From NCBI RefSeq assembly GCF_009914755.1, contig NC_060925.1: a stretch of DNA of 64,000 bases; one strand, written 5' to 3'. Below are positions 1 to 14,579 of this stretch, piece after piece. Every line of letters starts with the position of its first letter. Within the stretch, counting starts at the first letter, position 1. Made by a program: the position numbers and the translations under genes. Source of the DNA: the human T2T-CHM13v2.0 reference genome, Homo sapiens. The notes under the pieces were generated by a model. It was not told where the DNA came from. It saw only the letters and a program-made list of their open reading frames with translations, and made no database searches.

Positions 1-364
1 CCTAACTTCTTTAATGATTTTTTTTTTGTCTTAAAATACATGAGCTGGCTCCCACAGGGACACTGCCAGGAACCTTCAGAGAGGTTTTCCAAGAGGCTCG
101 TTAACTGGAGCATGGTGGGTTTTGCAAATCTTCAGTTTCAGCAGTTTACCTTCCCACCAGCTGCCCGGAGGCTGGGGCCGCTTGAGCTAAGGCAGCCTTG
201 CAGATAGAACACCAGCTACCAGCCTGGGAATTTTCCCCTGCCTTCCTCCACTCTTTCCATGCTACTGTTCTGTGGGAAATCAGACTGCAGCGAGCTCTTT
301 CAATCCAAGGAATAGACCTGCTGAGGCAACAGAGCAGAGCTGACCTTGCGGTCTCCACAGTCAG

Positions 365-545
365 ACACCCTGGGGTCTGAATCCCAGCTCTACCACTTAC
401 TAGCCGTTTGACCCTGGGCAGGGTGACATCTCCAAGCCTCAGTCTGTCAACTGGAAAATGCGGCTGTTGAGAGGGCAGAGTGAGATGAAGTACGTGAAGG
501 TCTTAGCACAGCGCCTGGCCCATAGTGAGTGCTCAGCCTGCCTGA
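365..545 (+). mobile_element. MIR fragment
   Basis: tctgaatcccagctctaccacttactagc...gaccctgggca...gcctcagt...aaaatg core followed by cttagcacagcgcctggc. Confidence 0.75.
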
Positions 546-1233
546 GCTATCATTTTGGTCAAGGAGCAGATTGTAGGTTTTATTGTGAATTTCATTCCTC
601 CAACCTTCTGCTTTCATTTTGTCTCCATCTCATTTCTTTCAGACCCTGGGTCTGAATATGGAAGCAGGGTGATGTGGTTAGATAACACCCTGGTTCTTAA
701 ACTCTTCATTTCATGGAGGGGAACAGACACAGAAAGGAGGAGAAATCTGGTTGGCCCCAAGTCCCCAACCTGCCACCTGAGACAGGTTACCTTCCAGGTG
801 GCCCTCATGCTGTGAAGTCAGCTCCCTTGCCAGTCACCACTAGCACCGTGAGAGGAGGATAATGTCTGGCCCATCCAGGGTTGTAACCACAGCTCCTATC
901 CACGCACTTGGCTTGCAGCAGGTGCTTTACTGCTACCAGCTGAATGCTTAAATTGTCCCTGGAAGTGCACTCTTCTTCTGGGTTGGATAATTTTGTGTGT
1001 GTCTCTTAAACTTCTGGAACTCTGTGCAAATAATAGGTAATAGCTTGAAACAGTCAAAAACCACGGGGAACTCTTTACTCAATTGCCACTGCCTTTATAG
1101 TTTCACTTAAAAGTCCTACGGAAACCTTTACCCACCATATTATAAACCCCTTGCAGGAAAAGACTCAAATTCAACTCTGCACCCACTATGGTCCTAGCAC
1201 TAACTTTTGCCCATGAGAAAAATACATGCCATA

Positions 1234-1424
1234 GGCCAGGCACAGTGGCTCACGCCTATAATCCCAGCATTTTGGGAGGCCGAGGTGGGTGGATCACCTG
1301 AGGCCAGGAGTTCAAGACCAGCCTGGCCAACATGGCAAAACCCCGTCTCTACTAAAAATACAAAAATTAGCTGGGCCTGGTGGCACACACCTTTGTAATC
1401 CCAGCTACTCGGGAGGCTGAGGTA
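1234..1424 (+). mobile_element. 3'-truncated Alu (AluS-like), copy inside the inverted duplication
   Basis: ggccaggcacagtggctcacgcc... stops abruptly at gaggctgaggta; no A-tail. Confidence 0.9.
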
Positions 1425-1639
1425 CTCATCTTCCTCTAACCAATGATATTCCTGCAATCACACACTCATTTGTTTATTTATTCACTCTACACATACTTAC
1501 CAAGTGTCAGGTTCAGCTGAGCTGGGTTTGAATCTTGGCTCTACCACTTACTAGCTAGGAGAACTTAGGCAAGTGACTTAACCAGGCCAAGCCTAGTTTC
1601 TTCCTCTGTGAGAGGGTAAGAGTTGATGAGACACAGTGA

Positions 1640-2021
<382 letters not shown>

Positions 2022-4219
2022 TATGGCATGTATTTTTCTCATGGGCATAAGTTAGTGCTAGGACCATAGTGGGTGCAGAGTTGAATTTGAGTCTTTTCCT
2101 GCAAGGGGTTTATAATATAGTGGGTAAAGGTTTCCATAGAACCGTTAGCCAATTTTGACTGCTAAATAACATAATTGCAGAAGTCTTATGACATGTTATC
2201 AATTTACAGAGCACTCATCTGGAGACACTGTCTCCTGCACAATTGCTAGCCTCGTTTCACACGAGGAAATCAAAGCTCAGAGAGGTTGTGCGGCTTTCTT
2301 CAGGTCACAGAGCAGAGCCAATCTAAGAACCTCAGACTCAGTTTCTAGCACCCTCCTCGACCCCCTGCCACTACCTTCTTGCTCGTACTCTGCCTGGCTC
2401 CCCCTTCGCTGCCACACCGCCAAATGACATCTTTTACTTACCCAGGGGTGGCCAGGGGCCTTCAACAGCAGGCTGGAGTGGTTGCCTGGCACTCTGCGGG
2501 ATTGAGATACCCCCAGGCAGACCCACCACGGCCATGGCAAGGCAGCCACACTACTGACTCCAGCAATGCTGCTTCTGTGGCAGCAACCATGGAAACCGCC
2601 CAGTCCTGGGGCCCAGCAGTTCCTGGGCCATAAGCACTAGGAAAAAGAGGGACAGAGTCAGCCTGGCCTTCCCTGAGGCTCCCACCACCCTTCCCCTTCT
2701 AAGGACCCATTGACACCCTCACCCCATGTCCTCGAGTCCCAACACTGAGTGGGGGAGCCCTCCCGAGCAGTCCCTGTGGCCCTGCCCAGAGGCTGGCACA
2801 GCACTGGCAGCCAAGGGCTGGAGCCACCTTCCCAGACTGGTCCTGTGAGCCATGCTGGGCTGGAGGTGGGGCCCCCCTGCAGCCCCCAGCCCAGTTCTCC
2901 TGGGGCCATTACCCCTCCTGCCACCCATAGTAAGTGCTGAGGGCTTTGACTTACAGCATCTTATTTAAGCCTCACCCTCACCCCTTTGAGACAGAGTCTG
3001 TCATCATCCCCATTTCATAGATGGTCAGAGTAAGGCTTAGGGGGTCGAGAGACTTACTCAACTCTGTGCCCCAGGAACCCAGCCCTGTGCTCAGCAGGTC
3101 CATAGTAGACATCTGAAAGAAGTTTGATGAATAAATAAAAACATAACCAAGAGGGTGGGCGCATGAAAGATGATAGTTCCTGTTAATCAGGGCCTGCCAT
3201 GTGCCAGCCACGTTCCGCAGAATTTCTACATGCTAGCTTGTTTAATCTCTGTAGGCATCCTGTGGGTAGATGCCACCCCATCAAACCCTCCAGACATGCA
3301 CATCAAGACCCAAGGAGATGAAGAAGTGACTCCGTTGGGGGCACACAGGTAGCAGGTGATGTGGGTGGGAGTAGAACCCAGGCAGTGTGGCCACAGAGCC
3401 TGCCTGGTTACACCTCTGTGCCACAGTAAAGCTCCTGGGAGGTAAGTAAATGGGGGGAAGATGAGGGTTTGGGGGTCCAGGTGCTCTGCTCCCACAGCAG
3501 CGAATGTTCTCAGCCTGCATCCAGGCAAGGGGAAGCATTTCCTCTAAGTCCTGACCGCTCTCCCCGGCACATTCCCACCGTTACCTACACAGGGAATTAA
3601 GACTCAAATCCTCGTTTGACACGATGCAGGAGGATGCTAAGTACTTAAGCGCTAATTAATTAGTGAGCTGTACACGCTGCCACCAGCCGCCGGAGGAAAC
3701 CTCAAACAGACCCCCAGAGTGCCAGCGCCCTCCCCGCCACGGGTGCCAGCCAAGCCCGGGGACAGTGAGGAGGGGACCACATGGGCAGGCCCAGCCTCTG
3801 GGGAGAAAAGTATCCAGACCAGATCTGACCCTTGCCTTCCAGTCCTCAGGAACCTGGGAGAGGGCTGGAGTTTGGAGACCCTGCCATGCCTCAGCCTTGG
3901 ACGGGACTCTCTCACAATGAGCAAGCCAGGGTTTGTCCGACTTTGCAACAGGCTCTCCAAGGAAAAGCAAGATCGCAGGGGCTGCACTGAGCCCCAGTAC
4001 TGGGGCCAGTTTCTGGGGCCCTTTAGACAAGAAGGAAGCATTGAATTCCCCCAGACCAACTGGTGTGTGTTTTCAGGAGCTGGACCAAGAGGTCCCCTGA
4101 AGCCAGACACGCTGACAGAGCACCAGCTCAGAGTAGGGCGCTGTCCGCCTCACTGGATCTTGATTTCACCATCTGTGTCACGCCAAGGTCAACTTCCCAG
4201 ATGGGGCAGATGGTAACTG

Positions 4220-4450
4220 AAACCTAGGGCTTTGGACTCAGACTGCACCGGACTCTCTGCTCTGCCGCTTCCTAGTTGCATGACCTCGTGCAAGTCAGGT
4301 CCTGAGCCTCGGTTTTCTCGGCTGTAAAATGGGACTAATGAATCTCCGCAAGGCCTGTTGTGGGCATAAGTGAGATGCTACCTGTAAAGCTCCTCTTATG
4401 GTGCCTGGCACCTAGTGATCGCTCAATAAATGGTTAGCTGTATTAGTATG
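4220..4450 (+). mobile_element. MIR
   Basis: ctttggactcagac...ctgagcctcggttttctcggctgtaaaatggg...gtgcctggcacctagtgatcgctcaataaatg. Confidence 0.8.
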
Positions 4451-4521
4451 AACGGTTGCTGTTTTTGTTATTATCATCATCGTCTTCTAAGGAATCTTCC
4501 CATTTCATTCTCTGAGGCCTG

Positions 4522-4632
4522 CAGAGTGAACAATCCCCCCGATTTGCTCGAGATTCTACTGGTTTAACACTGAAAGTCCCATGTCACGAGAAACCCCGCA
4601 GTCCAGCACAAGCTGGGACAGTGGATCAAACT
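4522..4632. mobile_element. MER96-like hAT MITE relic
   Basis: ggtttaacactgaaagtcccatgtcacgagaaacccc...gctgggacagtggatca resembles the MER96 consensus as I recall it. Confidence 0.55.
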
Positions 4633-7600
4633 CCCAGTTGCCCCCAAGGAGGGTGGAGGGAGGGAGAAGAGACCTGACATTGTGGGCCAGACAGTCTCTA
4701 TGACGCCTTCACCCCAGGGTGGGACTCACACAGCCTCCAGGACCTGAAGCCCCTCTGCACAGGTGGCTAGACCTCGGGGAGGGCCAACTAGGGGACCTGG
4801 AGCGCTGAAGGATCTGTGGGTGGCAGAGGCCGGGGCCCTGGCCTTGGAGCTGTGGCTCTGATAGTGTTCCCAGCCTGCATCAGCTCTGAGGCCCTGCCTC
4901 CTGCAATATTTGCTTAACAATCAGCCCAGAAACTGCATTGTTCAGGACAGAAATGAAAAACATTAGGCTGGGGCTTGTTTTTCTTCCCTGTCCAAATTCT
5001 TCTGGGCCCTTGGGAGAGGAGACCGTATCTTGGCACCACCCTCTCAAGAACAGGCAGAGGCGGGAGTGTGAACTCCTGGGTTCAATTTCCCACCTCTACT
5101 AACCTAGGAGCTTGGGGGCAGGTCCTGAGTTTCCCCAAGTGCTCAAGAGGGGGAACTTCAGCCTGGGAGCTTACTAGGGCCGGAGAATCTGTGGTTAAGC
5201 TAAAATAGCTGTCACCCCATGCACTCTTACTGAAGCCTCAAGACCATCCACGGAGAGAGTCTCACTCCCATTTTATAGATGAAGGTGTTGAGGCTCAGAG
5301 CACTCACCCCAACCAGCATGAACACCAAAGCCAGTCCGTGGAGGCGGAAGAGTGAGCGGCTATTTGGCATCTCAGGGGAGCCAAAGGCTTCTGAGAAATG
5401 GGCCTGGTCTGTTTTGTTTGCTGGCTAAACACCTTTATCGAGGGCTGAGGAAGTAGGCGGGACGAAGAGGCAGAGGGAGCCCTGCACCTTTCTCCAGAGT
5501 CGACACCTACCAGCACTCTTGGGGGCCCTTAGAGAGGAGGGCTGCCCTCTGTGCCCAGTGCCCACTTTCCCCAGCTCCAGCCCAAAGGGGTAAGAGCCCT
5601 GACAGGCCCCTGCCCCTGCTCGGCTCCCAGCTCTTTCCCTGACACCCACAGGAGGGGGAGGAGGCAGGCGTGCCTGGCTCACCTGCCAAGGCTGGCAGCC
5701 TGGCATGCAAATGGGTGTGGGGCAGAGACTGAAGGTGCCCAGACAGGGGTGTGGGCACCTGACAGAGGCCAGGCAGGGTCAGGCTGGCTGCTGGAAAGGA
5801 AGGTGGGCAGGTGCTCCCAAGCCCCTCTGTGTTCCGGGCATGTGAAATGCATCGTCTTACGTCCTCACAGAAACCTCAGGAGGTGGACTTGTCCTCATCT
5901 CTGTGTTCTGGGGTGGTGGGGAGGAAACTGAGGCTCAGAGAGGTCACTTAATGGCAGAGCTTGAATTCAAACCCAAGCCTTTCTGACTCTCCCCCTGACA
6001 CAACCCACATCAGCCAGATGGCATTAAGAGACAGCTCCAGGGTCAGGCCTCACACATTCAAATCCTGACTCTCCCATTTTACAGCCGCTGCAGAAATTAC
6101 ATCCTGGGCCTGGGCCTCCGTTTCTTCATCTGTAAAATGGGTCACTAACACGACCTCTTCATAAGGTTATCATGAGGGCACATGAAATCGTGCATGAAAA
6201 GTGCCAAGCACGTACTAGGTGCCTGACGGGGTAGCCATTGCTATCCCTATCTGTCATCCGTGGAATCACCTTACTGCTTTATGACACAGGCTGTCTCTTT
6301 AAAAGCAGCAAGACTGGCAGGGGGTCCTACACTGGAACCTGGTTCCCTGTCGCTCCCCACCCTTATTCCTTGGAAGATACTTGTTATTCTCAGCCTCCGT
6401 TCTGGCCCATTCTAAATGCCCTGGTCTTGCCAGGACTATGCGAGATCATATTTGTCTGTGGCCTGAGCAGGGATACCCTGATGGACCCTCATTCCCACAG
6501 ATGCCCACTACCCTTCCTTGTCCATGGTGGGGAAGGGGCACTTCGGTCTGAGGCCGGGGGCCTGGGTTTGCGCCTCAGCTCATTGTCAAACTCAAGCAAG
6601 AGCCTCTCCCAGCTCTAGGCCTCTAGGCCGCTACCCTAAGTAGCTGCTGTCCTTGGTAGGGGAAGAAGATTTGAGAACTCATGCCCTGATTGCCCTGCCT
6701 GGGGCGACTGGGGGGCACAGTTCCTGTCTGCATCTATAAGCCCTCGGGGTCCCAAGAGGCTAAGATGTAGGAGTCCCAGAACGAGCCGGAGGAAGAGGAG
6801 AGGGAATTCTGCCGCCCAGGCTCCCCTGGGATTCTGCAGCCTCCTCCTTGATGGCTGCTGGCCCTGCCCACCTGCCGTTCTTGCAGTGGCAAACCTGAGC
6901 CCACAGTCCCCTGCTCAAAGCCCATCGGAGGCTCCTGGGGCCTGCAGGGCCTGGTCCAGGTCCCTTCACATGACTCGCAAGGTCCCACCACCCTCTCTGG
7001 CCTCACCCTCTCCTCTCTTCGCTGGGGCTCCCCCTCTCCAATGCACTGGCCTGCACTCACTTCCCCAGGCCCAGGTGGTCTAGCCCCCACCTTTGCCCCT
7101 GCTGTGGCTTCCCAGGGAATGCTCTTCCTACCTGCTCCCTGCCCCCACCCCTCTGTTGTAAGATCTCAAATGAGACAGCACCTTCCTGGCTCCTGCCTCC
7201 CTAGCCTTGACCCCCCTGCAAGTTCCCAGAAACTCTGGCTTTTCCTGCGTGTAGGACATCACCTGGTCCCTGTCTTCAGAGAAGGACATGAAGCAAGCCC
7301 ACTGGTACTGGCACCTTCATTCAGCTCATTCTTCAACCAGCAAGGATTTATTGAGCACATACTATGAACAGCTGCCAGGGCTGAGCCTGGGGTGCTTGCG
7401 CCCCTGAGGACTGGGGCCCTCAGACCCAGGGGGTATGGGTGGAAGAAGAACTTGGCTATTTAGAAAGGGACTCTAGGAAGGCACATGTCATCTCCTCTCC
7501 TCCAGGCCTGAGAGCATATACAAGGCCAGTACCATGAGCTAATAATATTTTACTTTTCCCCGTAGAGCACAGCATTGGGCTTGGCATACAGTAGGGGCTC

Positions 7601-7636
7601 AACCAATGCAGGCAGAAGAGAACTGACAGATGATAA

Positions 7637-8263
<627 letters not shown>

Positions 8264-10732
8264 TAGTGTGTGTTGCAGCAGGCAGGGAGGGCTTCCTGAG
8301 GGAGGTGCTGAGAACAGGGCCTTGAAGCCCGTGGAGGCTCAAAGTAGTTGGGAGGGAGGAGGGCGGATGCTTTCTAGGGATTGTGGAGACCAGGATACAG
8401 GCAACAGGAGCAAGAGGCGTGAGGTTGAAAGCAGGTGGGAGGGGTGGGGCATCTGTACAAACATCGTGGGTGATGTTTAGGAGAGTGCCAGGCTGTGCCT
8501 CTGGCCACCACCATACCTAAGACCCCTAAGTCTTGCTCTGGCTGGGGGTGACTGCGGGCCACAGTTCTTGTCTGCAGGGAAACCAATGGCTGCAGTTAAA
8601 GACAAGGCTGCCCTCCCCCCAAGCTCCAGAGACTGGGGAGTGCCCCGGGCAGGGCTTGCCCAGACCTGGCACTCCAGCTGCACCCTCCGCCCTGGGACAT
8701 CTTGTACCCAGGAGGACCTATTAAAGGGACAAAGGTCCCCATGGGGTGCAGGCACCCCAGGCTCAGCCCTGGCAGCTGGCCCGGGCTTGGGCTGCAGCAG
8801 GAACCCCCACTCTCAGCTCTGCCATGTCAAGGCTCAGGGCAGAGAGGGAGGGATCTTGGTCTCAGGTCCATCTCCCTTGGGGCAGAGCCACCCCAGTTGT
8901 GTGAGGACGGGACACTGCCTGGCAGGTGCTCTCCCTCTGGCAGGGCACAGGCCGCTGGCAGTATGTACAGCACTTCAGTCTGGATTCTGGGATCCAGCGG
9001 TCTTGAGTTCGAATCCTGATTTTGCCCCTGCCCAGCGGTGTGAACTTGGGCAAGCGACTTGACCTCTCTGAGCCTCAGTTTCCTCATCTCTGAATAAAAC
9101 AGGGTTAAGAATAGTCCTGGTTATTCATGATCCAGTGAGAACCTGCCCCAAACACTGCAGAGCATGACGCAAAGTCAGTGTTCAGTGAATGGGAGCTGCT
9201 GCTTGCTGTTCTTGGGAGAGAGGGATGGGCAGATGGGCACCACAGGAGTCCTTGGGCTCTTGTGGCAGGTCCTGGAGGAAAGGAAACAGCTTTGAGAGAT
9301 GTGTAGAGATGGGAGGCTGCGTCCCCTCCCTGGAGGTGCTCTGGGGACCCAGCCAGGTGTGGGGGTGATGAGGGTGTTGGTAGAAGCCCCATTGGGTGGG
9401 GGAGTGGGGGTGGTCTCCTCCACAGAGGCCTCCTCAGGTAGCGCAGGCCATGGGCTTCTGTATTGCTGAATCAGGGTGTGGGGGCAATCAGCTGGGTGAT
9501 TGTCGCTGAATGTTATTATCCTTGATAAGAACCAGATTAAACGGGGGAGGGGGCAGAGGGGAGAGAGGGCGGAGAGAGGGGCGGGAGGGCGAAGGAGGGA
9601 AGCAAAGTGCAGCCTCCCTCTTGCTGAGCCAGCCCTTGGCTGCTCTCGGGCTGGTCAGGGCCCAGTTAGGACCCCAGAGTCAAGCTCCTTCCAGGGGGCA
9701 CTGGGAGGGGCGGGGATAGAGGGACTCGTGGGTGAGCTGCCAGGCGTGGGCCAGGCTGGCCAGCGGAAGGAGAGGTACAGACCTCCCACGCCGAGGGTGC
9801 CCACACAGGCCCCAACTCTGGTCCTCGGCAGCCAGCCATCACCTAGGGCTGCCTGCTGAGACGCCCCAACCGGGGACAGGAGCCAGTGACCCTGGGAAAA
9901 CCAAGCCCATGCTGCCAGCCTCCGTTTCTCCACCAGTAAGCTGTGTGATGAGTGTGCCTCCTGCAAGGCTCAGGGTGAGGAGGAAACAAGGTGGAGGGGG
10001 CAGGGTGTCGGCCACACAGAGACACACCTCCCTCCTCCCACCGCATCCTTCCACATAATCAATGACACTCTGACGCCGTCTTTGCCTGGCTTTGCCCTTG
10101 TCCCTTTCCCTCTCTTGCCATCATGGGGGCCTAGCTGGGGGACCCGCTGACCCTCTGCCCCATTCTTTCCAAGCCTCCGGATACTTCCCCACCGTGGGAA
10201 GCAGGCAAGGCCCAACGTTCCCATTTTACAGATGGGGAAACTGAAGCCTAGAGAGGGATAATGGCTGCCCAAGACCAGAGTTGGAACCCAGGAGTCCCGG
10301 CTCTCTGTCCAGGGCACTTTGACCTTCTTGGCCAGCCTCCCCGCCACTCTGACACCTGGCTGGGGTGGGGGCCTGGCCTAGAGGGCCCCAGACTGCTGGG
10401 GTGTTGGGCTGGTGTGACTGAAGAGCCCCCAACCCCTGGAGGTGTCTCTGCTCCGGGGACAGGACTCCCTAGGACGGGCCCCACAGGCATTCCTGGCCAT
10501 CAGGGAAGGCTATAAAAAGCAACACTTTTCAGCCCCAGAGTGTGACCTGTGTGACTTCACAGAATCCAGGGAAAAACACAGATAACCTTGGGGAGGCCTG
10601 ACCTTCAAGAGGGGTGGGAACAGGAAGGGGGCACCCCGGGGCCGCAGCTTGGCCTGGGCTGGGGACGGGGCCTGGGGGTACGGTGTGAAATGAAGCATGG
10701 AAGCTCACTGGAATAATGATAATAATCACCGC

Positions 10733-11043
10733 TATTATTTTATTTATTTATGTATTTATTTTGAGACAGTCTTACTCTGTTGCCCAGGCTAGTGTGCAGT
10801 GGTACAATCTCAGCTCACTGCAACCTCTGCCTCCTGGGTTCAAGCAATTCTTGTGCCTCAGCTTCCCCAAGTACCCGGGACTACAGGTGCCTGTCACCAC
10901 ACGCAGCTAATTTTTGTATTTTTAGTAGAGACGGGGTTTCGCCACATTGGCCAGAGTGGTCTCAAACTCCTGACCTCAGATGATCCGCCCACCTTGGCCT
11001 CCTAAAGTGCTGGGATTACAGCCATGAGCCACCGCACCCAGCC
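10733..11043 (-). mobile_element. Alu (AluS-like) with (TTTA)n tail
   Basis: Full dimer; degenerate TSD gct(a/g)ttatt. Confidence 0.93.
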
Positions 11044-11675
11044 TGCTGTTATTCTTCTGTGGGCTACTGGTATTCAGGACTGGCCACAGGCAGGCTCTGT
11101 GCATCAACTCCAGGGTCCTCCCCACTCCCGAAAGATGGATCCTAATGTAATACCCCATTTGACAGACCAAGGGATGGAGGCTTAGAAAGGACCAATAATC
11201 ACACAGCGCGTAAGGAAAGGAGCTGAGCTTCACAGTCCCCCACCGCGCCCCACTCAGCACACTCCGTATTTCAGCCACGCCAACACTGGTTCTTCTTGTC
11301 TTGGGACCCTCATACTAGCTGCTCCCTCTGGCTTGAGAGCTTGTCTCCTCTCTTTGCCAATTAAATGCCTCTCTGTCTTTCAGAGTTCAGCTAGAACTTC
11401 ATCTCCTTAGACAGGCTTTCTGGACAACCTTGCTCATTCATTCACTCATTCATTCAGCACATATTTATTGAGCACCTACTATGTGCCAAGCCCTGTGTTG
11501 AGTGCTGGTGACACAGCAGTGACCAAACTAACAAAATCCCTGGCCTTAAGAAACTAACATCTGAGTGGATCATTAATTGTGAGCTTCACTAGCAGGCAGA
11601 GCTGGCCCCACTCTGGGGAGATGAAGCCCTGGGATAAACTGGCACGTCTTCCCAATCCATCAGTTTCTTTCTTAA

Positions 11676-12323
<648 letters not shown>

Positions 12324-13477
12324 TGCATTAACTTTTATTTAAGCAACACAAATCCCTTATGGAATAGCACATCAAACTTACATAAACTTGTAAGAGATAC
12401 TCTAGACTGAAGGGGGCCCTTGGAGCCACCATCAGGGCACCCTGGGTAGCGGCCACCCTGTTGGGGGAGAAGGTTTGAGACCTCATGCTCTCATTGCGCT
12501 GCCCCAGCCTGAGAAAACCAGGCCTTCAGAGCACTGGGCTAAGGGCTGAATTTCTCTGGGCTACCCTCAGAGCAGGGAAAGTCAGAAGGGTCTGAAAGCC
12601 AGGAACCCCGAGTTCCAGCCAGGGCTCTTACTCTGCCTGCTGTGTAACCTTGGGCAAGTCACCCCACCTCTCTGAGTCTTTGTTTTCTTGTGGGTAAAAT
12701 GACTGGCATATAATAGAGCTCTGCTAGGATCCCAGCAGGCCCTACAAACCTGTCTGATTCTAAAGCCAAGTTCGGCTGGCCGGCTTCGTGCAGTTCTACA
12801 TCCTCTTCCGGCCTCCTCTCCTCTTCCGTAGGCTTCCTTCTCCTTCCCTGCCTGGACAATGCCCCCAACCCCATCGGTCCTAGTGGTACCTCCAGCCCAA
12901 GCCCCAGCTGCAGGCAGCCATCCTGCCCCACCCCTCCCCGGGTTCTGAGGAAAGAAAAAGGAGAGGCAGAAGGAAGGTCACATTTCTCGCTTGGCTCGCT
13001 GCCTGGTTTTCATCAGGCCCGCTGCCTAATTTTCCTGGGCGGCACTCACTTTCTTGGCCAGTCTCTCCTCTTTCTTAACCATCTCAGGGCAAAGAGCTGT
13101 CTCACCCCCGGCCCCCTCGCCTGGTATCATGGCCTGGCGTTGTTCCTGCCATGTCACCGTGGTGCGTCTTGCTGCCACGTCAGCCCACACCTCCTTTTCC
13201 GGAGTCCCCAGGGACAGAAAGCAGCGGCTCAGCTGTACCCAGACTTGATTCATAAGAACACCAATTATGATCATACGCATTTATTGAGCTCTTACTGTGT
13301 GCCACGGTCTGTGAACTCAGTGACTTTCCCCAGCAGCCTAATGAGGCTGAGACCCTTGTTTATCATCCCCGTCTTATAGGTAAGGAAAGCCAGGCTCAGA
13401 GATGGTAAGCAGTGGAGCTGGGACCTCAAATCAATATCTCTAACCACCATGCCATGTCGACTCAAAGAGTCTTTGAG

Positions 13478-13762
<285 letters not shown>

Positions 13763-14261
13763 GAGAGAGTCCTGGAATGTCCTTCTCTTGGCTGAACGTG
13801 CTCCCCAGCATCCCCCACCATTCCAACACACACATACTTGTCTTGTAGATCTTGCTGTCAGTTCCAGAACGGTGCTTTCCTTAAAAATAGGGAGTCAATG
13901 CCCCCAAAACAATGCCCTTGAGGCAGTAGGCTCTGGGGGACCCAAGCCATTTGAAAGGTGAGGGAGATGAGGCTGCCCAGGCAGGACCTCTGGGCCCCAA
14001 AGCTGGTTTCTGCGGATACCAGGGGCCAGGCAGCTTCCTGGGAGTGAGATCAGCTGCAGATGGAACCACAGGGGCACTGAGCTGCTGGGGAAAGGGTGGG
14101 GAGAGCCAGCGTCTTCATGGGGATTCTCTACTCCCTAATCTAGGAGATGCAGGGCCAGAGAGCTGATGCTGGAAGTGAATTAGTCCCCACCATGGACTGA
14201 ACTCTCCTGCGGGCAGAGATCCGTAGAGGGGAGAGGAAAAGGCTGTACTTGGAAGTTGAGC

Positions 14262-14333
14262 TTGTTGTCCTAGCTTGATGGGGGAGACATGGGCCCTTTG
14301 TTGTCCTAGCTTGATGGGGGAGACACAGGCCCT
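14262..14333. repeat. 36-bp tandem duplication
   Basis: ttgttgtcctagcttgatgggggagaca(tg/ca)ggccct x2. Confidence 0.95.
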
Positions 14334-14512
14334 TCCATCTGAAGAAGAAGTGAGCGTGCTGCTCCCGGCAGCCACGCTGCTCCACCCCACCCCGACCCAC
14401 CCCGATTTCCCCCAGCACCCAGTCCTTGGCAGGTACCAGTGGGGCTGCCTGGCTCCTCAGGGACCAGGCCTGCGATAAAAATCCTGCAGTGGCAACTGCA
14501 GTGATCAGAGTC

Positions 14513-14579
14513 AAAAAAAAAAAAAAAAAAAAAAAAAAGAGAGAGAGAGAGACAGAAAGAAAGAAAAGGGGAAAAAAAA
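14513..14579. repeat. A26 tract plus (GA)n/A-rich tract without an adjacent retroelement body
   Basis: Read directly. Confidence 0.85.

Noticed and set aside
5300-5420. Minus-strand GGG|GTGAGT donor near 5307
   Set aside because: Abuts a MIR fragment; no matching acceptor or recognisable reading frame.
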